From NCBI RefSeq assembly GCF_009914755.1, contig NC_060926.1: a DNA stretch of 64,000 bases; one strand, written 5' to 3'. A program made the translations under genes and the position numbers. The notes under the pieces are model-generated. The model saw only the letters and a program-made list of their open reading frames with translations. It was not told where the DNA came from and did not search any database. The stretch is from the human T2T-CHM13v2.0 reference genome, Homo sapiens. This document shows, piece by piece, positions 39,171-52,180 of the stretch (within the stretch, counting starts at the first letter, position 1; every line of letters begins with the position of its first letter).

Positions 39171-40883
39171 TATACAAAAAATATATTCTTATAAGACTGA
39201 ATTATTATAAATGCATTATTTTCTTGAAATAAATTAGTACTTTGTAAATCATAAGCAAAATTATACTGCTTATACATGATGTGTGCAGAAAATAAATGTT
39301 GCCCAAAACTTTTTCAAAGCACAAATAATTTGAAAAACATGACTGTTGTGAATAGTGCAGTGTCATGTGTTTATAAAATGGGAAGCTCAATTCTACTTTA
39401 TAACCATCTTCCTTTAAATCAATTTGTTTGTGTTACAGCAAGGGATACTGGGATTTATTTAATCTGGAGAGTAATAAGAAAACCCTTGTTCAGAATATCT
39501 TTTCCCTTTCTTAACCTTACAGTGTCCAAGAAAAGTTGTAGTATGAGTTAATGCTTTGCTTCTCAAAATTTATCAAATTAATAAAAATAACTCAAACTTT
39601 GTCCATTACAATTTTTCCTTAATAAGGAGAGAGTAATTATAATAATATTTATAAAGGAAATTTAACTAATAATACTTGACCAAATTAACACTTCTAAAAG
39701 TTAAAACTGTCTCATGCACTAAACATTTAATTCCTTGCTGAATGAAGTGCTTATTCTCTCCTTCATTACCCTGTGTGTTTTTTTCTCCTTTCCTTTATCC
39801 AACTTAAAGAATAATTGCTTATCTTTTGATTTTGAATTATCTTTTGATGAATTCCTTCAATACATTCTTCAAGCATTCATTAGACCAGGTATCTTCTCCT
39901 CAGCATATTAAACTTCTCACTTTCTGGGTCTCTCTTCTAAAACCAAAAATGTGTTTGAAAGTTTTCATGCAAAAAAAAAAAGAAAGAAAAAGTTTTGTTC
40001 TTTCTGCCATTCTTTGTAATCTTATTCTACATAAACTTCTATTCTTAATGAAGGCTTTTAATAGACTTGTTTCTACTTTCTTATAACTTATGTACCTCTT
40101 TAATTTGGCTTTTATTATCACTTCTCTACTGAAACGAATTTCTGAATGTGTAATCTGCTTTACCTTCAACTTTCCTCCTCTTTGAACTCTTAGCAGAATT
40201 CATTACTGTTAACTGCTGGGTATAAGTGTACTGTTTGATGGTGATTGATAGAGTTTGACTAGATCTCTGATATGCTTAAATCCTGCTTTGCCAGTTGCCT
40301 CTCTCCTGACATCATTTTCCAAACAACATTTTCCAAACAAGTGAAGCCCAATGAGTAACAGCGAATGGGAAACACATTATCACTTTAGTTTCAGCTAAAC
40401 CAGTGCCAGTAACCTCCATGTCTAAGCATTTGTGAAAACAGATTATTACACACCCCAACCCAAAAGGCTATAATCACCTATATTCGTACCACTCCAACTC
40501 AACAGCAAAGTTGAAAAACTTCCAGATACCACGCAGAGATGCTAAAGTCCTTAAAATGAAACTTCTCTTCTCTGGATAAAGTAAAATCCCAAAGTAACCA
40601 AAGTCCATTGCTCTTCTCTCTTTTACTGTCTTATTTTGTCCATCTCTAAAAGATTTTTGCTCAGATATCTGGGTGGTCCAGATTCCTTCTACAGCATTTG
40701 CATCATGGGTTACTTTCACTGAAATGGGTGTAGCCATTTCAACACATCCAAATTTGATTCATTTAATCCTGTTTCTTATGCCTTCCATTATTCAAAAATC
40801 TCAAGAACAATCAGGTTCACAAAAATAGCCCCACACCTGATACATTCATAAAATACCAGAGATAATATAGAAATGTATTTTCT

Positions 40884-41621
40884 TTTTTTTTTCTTTTATT
40901 ATTATACTTTAAGTTTTAGGGTACGTGTGCACATTGTGCAGGTTAGTTACATATGTATACATGTGCCATGCTGGTGCGCTGCACCCACTAACTCGTCATC
41001 TAGCATTAGGTATATCTCCCAATGCTATCCCTCCCCCCTCCCCCCACCCCACAACAGTCCCCAGAGTGTGATGTTCCCCTTCCTGTGTCCATGTGATCTC
41101 ATTGTTCAGTTCCCACCTATGAGTGAGAATATGCGGTGTTTGGTTTTTTGTTCTTGCGATAGTTTACTGAGAATGATGATTTCCAATTTCATCCATGTCC
41201 CTACGAAGGACATGAACTCATCATTTTTTATGGCTGCATAGTATTCCATGGTGTACATGTGCCACATTTTCTTAATCCAGTCTATCATTGTTGGACATTT
41301 GGGTTGGTTCCAAGTCTTTGCTATTGTGAATAGTGCCGCAATAAACATACGTGTGCATGTGTTTTTATAGCAGCATGATTTATAGTCCTTTGGGTATATA
41401 CCCAATAATGGGATGGCTGGGTCAAATGGTATTTCTAGTTCTAGATCCCTGAGGAATCGCCACACTGACTTCCACAATGGTTGAACTAGTTTACAGTCCC
41501 ACCAACAGTGTAAAAGTGTTCCTATTTCTCCACATCCTCTCCAGCACCTGTTGTTTCCTGACTTTTTAATGATTGCCATTCTAACTGGTGTGAGATGGTA
41601 TCTCATTGTGGTTTTGATTTG
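40884..41621 (-). mobile_element. 5'-truncated young L1 (L1PA2-like)
   Basis: Intact ORF2 C-terminus ([32 protein letters not shown]); 3'UTR cactaactcgtcatc (GAG, not the Ta ACA); TSD aaatgtattttct at 40871-40883 and 41627-41639. Confidence 0.93.
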
Positions 41622-42719
41622 TATATAAATGTATTTTCTAAGCTCCATTTCCACTGTATCAATAGAAAATAATAGGCCCTGAGCCCAGTGAATATTACAT
41701 TTTGGTTCCTTCATGCTTTAGTCTGTCATAGACCCCAGCTAAGGCTCAGAAATATTTGGAATGAACTGGATACACAGAGAACATGTAATACAAACAAAAA
41801 ATAAAAGCTTTTTGGTTTCTGCCTTTTTGGGACACTAGTCAGTTCATGTCAGCTGTCCAAAAACCATGACATGATTTTAAACCACACTGGGAGAGGTCTC
41901 CCTTCAAAAAGGTGTTTATCTTGTTATGGAAGCCCCAGGCTCTCTCAGCTTCAGGCAACTTCCATAGGGATATTCCAAACCTAGAGACTAAGATGAAATT
42001 CCAGTGAAAGAAACACTACTTCTTCCAAAAACCTATTTCTTAGAGTTTTAATTTTCTGGGCTTTGATTAATTTTCACTGTGACTGTTCTTTTCCACCCAG
42101 TAATTTTTTTTCTTGCAGTTGCAAGACCTCATTTCCTAATAGATAAAAGTACCATTCCCACAGTTATGCCTAAAGAAATAAGTGGAAAAATAAGAAACTA
42201 AAGCAAATGAATTTTAGATCATCCAATCTAGTGTCTCTTATTATTTCACATCACTTATAAAGATGCTAGTCCAAACCTCATTGACAAAATTTCTGCTAAA
42301 TATTACTTCTTTAGTCTTTGTGAATAGCAGTCACTGTTGAAAATACATCTGTATACTAAAGATTAGCATGATTTAAGGTAAGCTTTCATTTCTCTAACAA
42401 GGTCTTTAGTTCTCCACAAAGGGCTTGTGATTCAACTTCCCAGGCAACTAGACTCACTCAGTTCTCTTTTACCACAGATACTAGCCGCAATCACACCTAA
42501 TGATACTTATAATAATTGTAAATCAGAACTACGAAATGCTTTTGAGCTTTAAATATACCCATATATTACTAGTACACAGATAGTAGTATCTGAATACAAC
42601 ACTAGTGAGACTATTTGGATATACTGGAAATAATGACAAGATTTTTATGAAATTCCAGCTAAGAATTACTCTTTCTCTGTGTGCCCAATAGTGTCTTATC
42701 GCTCATGTTTATCCTTGTC

Positions 42720-45270
42720 CACTTATACTCTTTTATCACTGGGACTAGAAGACTGAAAACTAATTTTATGCTCTCTGGCTTCCTGTTAGGTTAAACTTAA
42801 AGGTGGCACTGATGGTATATTGGAAGGAAAGAAGAACCATTTCCTTCCAACTTCCACTATGCTATCCTGTGGGACTGTGGGCCTGGGCAGATAACAGAGA
42901 GCAACTGTGGGTTCCAACACATTGGTGACAGTTTTCACAGTGTCAGTGGGTGTGCAGGCCCCTGATATCTTGCTCAAAGGGCAGTTATTTGTTCATAAAA
43001 TGAGAAATTCTTATGTTCCTCCAACAAGAACAGAGGGAATAGCAGCTTTCTAGTAAATCAGCCTCAGACTTGGTAACAGTTTCTTGAACTTTGGGTTAAG
43101 TCCTTCTACTTCTGTTGGCTTTTCCCATATCATTTTTACCATTTGGTATTTCAACAATACGAAAAGCTTTGTAACCAATTTCAAGACTTAAAATTTTTGG
43201 AACTTTGTTTCCCCCCTAACGGAACATAGACTGATATTGTTACTGGTATCAAGAATGAGGTCAGGAAACATATCTACAATGATAACCATCTAGGATTTGT
43301 GATTTTATCTAATTGAATTTAAATACAGAGACAACCTCATTGCTAGTGAAACATTGAAAGCTGGTAGTCAGAAGCAGGCAGTAGCAAAATAGTCATTCAC
43401 GTTGTTTGCTGTAGTTATCTGGTATGAAGTGCCCATTGAAGACAAAATTTTGGAAAGCCAAGGGTCTGTTGCTCTTGATCATAGTTGAGTAAATAATGAA
43501 TAAATGGAGCATTAGGGTGGCTGCCTATGACTTAACTGGAAAGATTATGGAGGAAAAATGTCAAGCTGAATATTTTAATCAGCTCAAGTCGTTGTCAAAC
43601 AACCAGAGTGCTTCTGGAATTGCCCTAAAATTATTTATTTTCTTGAATCGCCCCCAAGGCTGCTGTAAATAAAATTTATACTAAAAGTTTGATATTGTGG
43701 ATGAAAAATTTACAAAAAAAATTGAATTAACAATTCAATTGTTTTTATATGAAAATCCAACCTGGGAAGAGATCACTTATACACAGTGTAATTGCACTGA
43801 TTTTTGAAAAAAAAAAAATCTCAGTTTTTGTTGGCAGAAATTTGAAGAATATGTATGGGAGTTTTCTCATAATATTAGACCAAAGATGGTAAAACATAAC
43901 ATTTGCATCAAATTTATAAATATTAGTACACTGAACAGAAATTCTTGGAATAGAAATTCTATTTTAAGAAGCAGCTAGGAGTGGCTCTAAAACTGTACTT
44001 AGTTGATTGACAAACTTTGACTCAAGGGTTTTTCATATTTAATGAAGCTTAGATCCCACATCCAAAGACTTATGGTGATAGAGATGTTAGAATAAATTTA
44101 ACATGTATCACTTTTCCTCCTATCCCACAGTGGGTCCAGAGAACATTCTCTTTACCAGTGAATTGAAAAATCTCGGACACTTTTGCATTGCTTGCTCTCT
44201 GAAATTTGGGTAGTGATGCAAAATCCAGTTAAAAATTTTATTACTTTATCTCAGTGGAAATGATTGAAATGGGAAAGACTGAGTGGTAGTGCTTAACGAA
44301 CAGACAAGTTGAGCACAGTAGCATAGTCACCATGAAGGGAAGAACTTGGGTAATGACCAGAGTGATTTTCCTGAGGCACTGGCTAATTGTTCAATTTCTG
44401 GGACTGAAACATATGGACAATATACAAAAATATTATTGATTTATATTAAAGAATAACTCTAAACATGACATGACTTGAGTCATTAAAACAGGCATAGCCT
44501 CTGACTTAGTTTCCAGAACTTAGCCACTTTACATTCATTTGCCAGTACAAAGACTTAGAACTTCTTGAATGAAGGTGAGGACAGTAACCTAGAGAAGAGA
44601 CCTGAAACATGACCACAAGTATGTACTGTTAATTTTCCTCTGTGTTTTTTCTGAAGATACCGATGGCCATTTTTCAGAATTTTTGTGCATTAGAAAATGG
44701 AAATACTCAGAACTTTATGGGAGTTTTAGAAAAAATGGCTTAGAATTGACCTTACTCACTGGGAATCTGAGCCATAATTATGGCCCCCTGGTCAGACAGA
44801 GGAGTTATTGGTGACAGAAATAAATATTGATTGGTACTAATTCCATCTTATAGTGAACCTAGTGGGTCCGTGGAAGCAACCTGTGGATATTCTCCCTATC
44901 TGCAGTGAATTGTTGGAAGATCATATTTAATAACTGACTCAATACCCACATGGCTTCCTATTCTGTGGAGTGAGAGCTATTAAAGAAAGAAAGATTAAGT
45001 AAAAGCTTTTGAAATGACTCTCCCTACTGAAAAACAAACTAAAAACAATGCCTTTTCCCTGATAGAATTGCAGAATGAGTGTCCTCATTGAAAACTTGAA
45101 AGATGCATATAGAATAACAATCATATTTCAATTTTACTCAGTTATTTGACATGTACAAAAGGTGGGTAAGTCTTGCAAAATGACATTTAATTATCACAAA
45201 ATTAATAAAATTGTAGGTAGTAGTGTAAGTATGACCTCTTTCCTAGAGCAAGTCAACATTTTCCTGTTGG
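42720..45270 (+). mobile_element. Ancient ERVL-class provirus remnant (LTR-like ~42720-43235, then gag-pro-pol remnants)
   Basis: PBS-like actggtatcaagaatg at ~43241; pol-like tgtggagtgagagctatt..gaaaacttgaaagatgca..gtacaaaag..tcttgcaaaatgac..attatcacaaattaat. Confidence 0.6.
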
Positions 45271-46459
45271 TATGCACTATTTTTTTATTCTCGTGATTCT
45301 ATCTTCTGCATTCTTAAACAGCACTCATAACAGAAGCTCATTTTGCTATGACATGTCTGTGTAGCCTAGCTTAAACTATTCTCTTTCTCTCTCTTTTTCT
45401 TAATTACTGCTATGTTGACTTCCTCACATTTGTGTGATACTTAAAAAGTTTACAAAGTATTTTCTCATGTATTTGTTTCTTCTTTAAAATCTATTTTAAA
45501 GTAGCTATTTTCTTCTCATTTTCCCAATGAGGAAACCAATATATATTACTAGTTTTCTCATACATAGTTAACAACTTTCCCCAGAGCAAAAGACTACCTA
45601 AGAGAAAAGAGGATACTTCAGTCCGGATTTGTTTGAGTGAATCCTAGGCCATCCATGTATTCCCTAGGAAAAGTTCCAGGGGCAGGTGAGAGATGCACTG
45701 ATGCCTGCACACTGCCTTCAATAGAGATGAACCTCTTGATGGAATTATGAAAAACAAGAAAGACTTCAAAGATTCAACCCACTCATTTTACAGACAAAGA
45801 AACAGTTATAAACAGTTTGAAAAACTTTACAAATACACGCCAAGAGACAAAAATTTATTTTCCTAATCTAGTAAATAAAACTCTAAGAGAAAACCAGTTG
45901 TTATTCAGTAATTCTGGTACATGACTTATGTGTAACTATAGTATATTTTTAATAATATATTGCATCTGAAATGCTGTTTCCTAAACCTTAACAATTATCA
46001 TATATTATTAGTATTTATTATTATTTTTATTTTGGCTGATAATTCTAACTCTTTGCAAGTAAAAGAATACAAGTGACTTTGAAGAGCTCAAAACAAAGCA
46101 AATCCAACTAATTATTTTAGTTCAATATGTCAGGATGTCAATGATTAATGCTTTTTTCCTCCTTAAATTGTTGCAAAAAACTAAGACAAACAAATAGGAG
46201 TGAAATGTTGTGTGGGGAAGACAGCTGGTATTTGTTAACAGTATTCGTGGGTCATATTAAAGTCAGTGGGGAGCTATGGGTGGGAAAATTTCTTTTCTTT
46301 TTCCAGATGGCTCCTGTAGCTTTGCCTGTCAGAATTAAAACCTGTTGATGAAATATGAGTATGTGCCTTGAGGTCTAAGCTTCCTAAAGCTTTGAGTGGA
46401 TGGGAAGATGTTCCTTAATTCTCTAGATCAATTTTTTTGCATTCTTCATCTAAGAAGGC

Positions 46460-47650
46460 ATAATGCAATTTTGGAAGAACACAGAAATTAGCATTAAATG
46501 CCTACGTTCCAATCCCATCTATGTGGTCTTGGGCAAATAATTTAACTACTTTAGGCTAAGAATCTTTTTTTCTTCAACTTTTATTTTAGATACAGGGGTA
46601 CATGTGCAGGTTTCTTATAGGTATATTGCACTCAGGTAGTAAGCATAGTACCCAATAGATAGTCTTACAACCCATGTTCCCTTTCATCCCTTTCTCTCTT
46701 GGTATTTATGTGTCTATTGTTTCCATGTTTATGTATGTATGTTCTCAATGTTTAGTTCCTGCTTATAAGTAAGAACATGAGGTATTTGGTTTTCTATTTA
46801 CATGTTAATTCACTTAGAATTATGACTTCCAGCTCCATCTATGTGGCTGCAAAGGATATATTTTCATTTTTTATGGCTGTGTAGTATTCCATAGTATATA
46901 TGTATTATATTGTCTTTATCCAATTTACCATTGATGGGCATGTGGTTTGATTCCATGTCATTGCTATTGTGAATATTCTGTGATGAACATACAAGTGCAT
47001 GTGTGTGTGTGGTTTTTTTTTTTTTTTTTTTTTTTTGGTATAATGATCTATTTTATTTGGGGTATATGCCTAGTTCTGGGATTTCTAGGTTGAATGGTAA
47101 CTCTGTTCTAAGTTATTTGAGAAATCTCCAAACTGCTTTCCACAGTGGCTGAACTAATTTATATTCCCATCAACAGTGTATGAGTGTTCTCTTTTCTTCC
47201 ACAGCCTCTCCAGCATCTGTTATTTTTTGAGTTTTTGATAGTAGCCATTCTGACAGAAACTATTAATAGAGTAAATGGACAACCTACAGTATGTGAGAAA
47301 ATACTTGCAAATTATGGATCTGAAAAGGTCTAACATTCAGAATCTATAAGGAACTTAAACAAATCAATATGCAAAAAACAAATAACCCCATTAATAAATG
47401 GACAAAGGACATGAACAGATACTTCTCAAAAGAAGGCATACATTCAGCCATCGTGCATATGAAAAAATGCTCATCATCATGAATCATCAGAGAGATGCAA
47501 ATCAAAACCACAATGAAGTACCATCTCAAACCAGTCAGAAAGGCTAAGAATCTTAATCCATAAAATAAAGTAAAAAATAAAACTAATGGATATATTATAT
47601 GCCCAAGATTAGACAGTTGTTATAAAAATAACTTAGTGAACTATTAATCA
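46460..47650 (+). mobile_element. MIR split by an L1 insertion
   Basis: ttccaatcccatct..gtggtcttgggcaaataatttaact before the L1; aatccataaaat resumes after the TSD. Confidence 0.5.
46567..47540 (-). mobile_element. L1PA16-like insertion with 5' inversion (46567-47254 minus, 47255-47540 plus)
   Basis: Perfect 14-bp TSD aggctaagaatctt (46553-46566, 47541-47554); orientation switches at gccattctgac|agaaactatt. Confidence 0.9.
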
Positions 47651-48697
47651 TTCCATAAATTTCAATTTAATGTTACATATGCATTTAAACGTAGTGGACA
47701 TGTATCAAGGATGCATATTTTCTGATCATTTCAAATGTATAATGGCAATTTCTGTTTCTGGAAATAACAAATAGTTAAATTCGCATTCCAACATTAATAA
47801 TTAAAAAGATGGAGAAAATATATAAAATAACTGTTTTCAGATTTTGAACAAAAATGTTGCAAAGCTATAATACCTAAGATAAAGGAAGTAAATGAGATAA
47901 ACCCCAGAATCCAGTTTTCTGCTTGGAGGCACGTTCTAAATGTTAACACAGAGATGGGGAGCCCAATAAGAGCATGGTATTCATGCTGAGAATAGGAGAC
48001 AGATTGGATTTTTATGGCTACTGAAGTGTCTGGAATTGGTGGGATATCAGTGGAAAGGAAATTTTGTAGAGAAGTACTAAGGATGAGAAGTACTAAGGAT
48101 AAGAAGTCATTCTACTATTAATTTCATACATTACTCCAAATATTTAAATCAACTGCATACCACAGGTAAAAATATATTTGAACAATTTTCTATTAAGGCA
48201 TCATTAAAATAATTCAGAAATATCTAACCTTCTGGATTTGGAACTTGTAAGTATCATACACCTCATTCCTACCCTGACATTTGAGAAAAATCTCAAACCA
48301 TTGTTTTTAAGAGATAAACAGGGTGGAAAAAAAATACCCTAGTTGTTCTAAATCCAAAGGATGGCTGCATCAACATGTTAAATAATCAGAATTTAGACAT
48401 TTTTAATTAAAATACTTAAGCTCCTACTCTTCATGTCTTGTAAAGTTATACTTCTGTGAAACAGTGCCTAATTTATGTCGTGAGAATGAAAGTCATTACA
48501 AATGTCCATATTAACCTTCTATCTATTCACAAATCATAGCACAAGTTTTCAAAGCTTCTATGTAAACATTTTTTAAAAAGAATTTTCTAAACTAATTTAT
48601 ATTCTGATTATTCTATGTTTTTGTATACTTTAAGAGCCACATTAAGCATCAATAAAAATTGAATAAATAAATAAATAAGTAAATAAATAAAATGTAA

Positions 48698-48900
48698 TTT
48701 AGTGTAATGTAGTGACTAAGAACATGGCTTCTGGAGCCAAAATGCTTGCATTCCAGCCCAGTTCTGTGTTTATTTGCTGGGCGATTTGGGCTATCTTACT
48801 TAACCTATCTGCTGCAGTTTTTATTCTATAAAATAAAAGAGGCAAAAGACTTAATGGTGTTAGTATGGCTTTAATACATAGAAGCCATTTCATTACAAAA
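48698..48900 (+). mobile_element. MIR
   Basis: tagtgactaagaacatggcttctggagcca..acttaacctatctgctgcagtttttattctataaaat. Confidence 0.75.
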
Positions 48901-48978
48901 TATTCAGTTTTGATAACTCGTTATATTTGGTCATATTTGCTTTAGATCTCTGCCTCATTTTTAAGAATTAAAACATAA

Positions 48979-49282
<304 letters not shown>

Positions 49283-49432
49283 TTTGAGAGCTTGGTTTTT
49301 ATCGCTCCTATGTCTGTTATAATTTTATATGAATCTATAATTAATGTATAATATTGTTTTATATACTTAATTTGAAATTTCATGCTTATTTTGCAGATTT
49401 ATTAGTGAGGAGTTAAATTTTTGCAAAACGTG

Positions 49433-49787
49433 TATATTAGTTCGTTTTCACGCTGCTAATAAAGACATACCCAAAACTGTGCAAATTACAAAAGAAAAGT
49501 TTATTGGACTTACAGTTCCACGTGGCTGGGGAGGCCTCACAATCATGATGGAAGGTGAAAGGCACATCTTACATGGTGGCGGCAAGAGAAAGAGAGCCAA
49601 GGGAAACAGACTTCCCTTTATCAAACCATCAGATCTCGTGACACTTATTCACTACCATGAGAACAATATGGGGGAAACTGCCCCCATGATTCAATGATCT
49701 CCCACCAAGTTCCTCTCACAACGTGGGAATTATGGGAGTACAATTCAAGATGAGATTTGGGTAGGGACACAGAGTCAAACCGTATCA
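49433..49787 (-). mobile_element. THE1 solo LTR
   Basis: tattagttcgttttcacgctgctaataaagacatacc ... gggacacagagtcaaaccgtatca; TSD acgtg/atgtg. Confidence 0.9.
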
Positions 49788-51399
49788 ATGTGATCACCTT
49801 TTATTTAAAAAATTGTGCAATCCTATCTTCTACTGACGCAAAAGTTCAGCCTTTTATCACTTGGTGTTTCAGATAAGAGATCTGATAAATAAATAGCCTT
49901 AAATTAATTATCAGAAGATCTGTTCATCTTTCATCTGTTAAAATATGTCCCACAGTTACAAAGTAATTAAAGTTCAAACACAAGTGTAGGTATAAAATTT
50001 TAGTGGCTTAAAACTGTCAAGCATTTGTTTGTAAATATCCCTTGGATGAATACAGTCAATTCTCATCAAGCTGAAAGATGGGGATGGTTTTGGTGTACAC
50101 GAGTTACTGATGAGAAACTGAATAACGCTGTCTGGAAAAAAAGAGCAATAAAATACCAAAATACTCTTAACTAATAGCATAGAGAGAGAGAGAGGAAGAA
50201 ATAGCTTCAGCTAGACTGCCCAGAGATATGTCTCAGCAAAATGAGCTTCTGTTACTGGGGCTGATCAAGAATGCAGGAGATAGATATCATGGGAATAAGA
50301 AAAACAGTGCCTGAATGGTACATCAGCTTGACTTGATGGCCCTCTAGGGCTTTCTTGTTCTTGTATGAGAATGTGCTTCTGTGTTCATTCATCAAAGATG
50401 GCGCTATAGCATTTCATCATAGCAAAAACATATTTTTAAATTGAGCTCTCATGGAATCTGTTATACATGGTTTCCTCATATGACACTTATGATTTGATGC
50501 TTCTGCTTCCAAGGTAATCTTACATAACTCACCTTGAATTTCATTTACTCTACTTGGCCAGAATTATATAATACATGAGATTTTACATACGAGAAAATCA
50601 TTGACTAATAAGGTTTTATGAGTCAAAACAATGAAACTTTCCAGCTAACAGAGATTTATTTTCTCCGTTAACCTCATCATATTGATTTATTGTTCAGAAT
50701 TATTTAAAACTAGACAGTAATTTGCCTCCTTCCACAACTTTTTTCTTTTTATCTATCACTTTGTTATTGTTTTTTGAGAATTCTTCTGGACACAGACTTG
50801 TGCCAGAAAATTCAAGTAGTTAAAAAACAAGTAACTCATATGAAGCATATTTTCAAGTACATTTTAGTATCAGGATAGAGGGCTCAGAAATGCACAAAAA
50901 GAACTATAGATACAGCTTAAACATGTTAAGAATCTTATAGAGAATAATCAAGCTAGTATGACAACACCAAGAAAGGATAGAGCATATGCAGGCATAACTA
51001 AAAGATTAAAGAAAGCAGTAAAATTAAAATAGTTCATAAACATTGATAGAAATTAAATTAATGGGGTTGGAAGAGGAGTAGGACAAAAAAACAGTGATTT
51101 TAGGGGGAAATGAAATCCACTTTGGCTGACATAAAATATTTAAAGAAATAGTAACAGAGTAAATGAGAACAGATCTTAGGGAAGTCTAAATACTGAAAGC
51201 CTGAATTTTAGTAGGCAAAGGGGAATGTGAAGAATTTGAACAGCTGACTGTCATATAAGATAAGCTTTAGGAACATCTTCTGACTTGAAAAATGTCTGAA
51301 ATGTTCTTGGTGTCTTTGAAATTTAGAAAACTACATGGATATGTCTGAACATGGCTTTTTTTTTAACAGCTCCAAATCTCCTGTTCATTATTGCACTGT

Positions 51400-52180
51400 A
51401 GTCAAAATACAGTATTTGCTTCTGGTTTCTCATCTTGTTATGGCTTTCTACATTGTTCTACTTAAAACTCAAGATATTTTCCAAATGTGTCCTAATTATT
51501 TTGCTTTTGGCAACCCTAGTCTAATTGCCACTGTCATGTCATCCTCTACTTCAGTACATAAGTCAAGAAGTAGGTATTTAATTCCAAAATGCAATTTCAA
51601 CCACGCTACTCTTGTACTAAAACTCTTTTAATGGCTGCCTATTGTTTAATTGACTACAGGTTTAAATCTAAGATCTTTTACCAAGAATTTAAGTACCTTT
51701 GTGATCTGACTCATGTCTTTCTTTCCAGCCTTATTACTTGTCCTTCTCAGAATTTTTTTCTATGTAATAGTCATTAAATAATAATTTCTTTCCATGTCAT
51801 GCCCTCATATCTTTGAATCTGCCATTGTTTCCACCCAGAATGATTTTCCCTCCTTTGTCTGTTTTTATATCTTCCATTCTTTCTTGATAATATACTATAA
51901 GTATGCAGAAAGGCTTTTTCTTCTGACTTTTGCAGGCACAGTTAGTCTTCCTCTAAAATGTGTTCACAGACCCCCAGTACCACTTTTGGAAATGCAAATA
52001 TTTGTTCCACTAGACTGTAAGTTATTTGAGTCAGTGCCTCTCCAGGTTAGTAGCGGAAATATAGCAAACATAAATTTTTGTTGAGTGAATGAATAAATAA
52101 AGTATCCATTCTACAGGATAGAAGCAGATACAAAACAAACATAAATATCTGTTGAGCAGATGAATGAATAAATAGGTATA
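51400..52180 (+). mobile_element. LINE-2 3' region
   Basis: ccactagactgtaagttatttgag..aaatttttgttgagtgaatgaataaa tail. Confidence 0.6.

Noticed and set aside
41106-41714. Longest ORF (202 aa) as a gene
   Set aside because: It is the L1 ORF2 C-terminus plus ~30 codons of flank; no independent gene evidence
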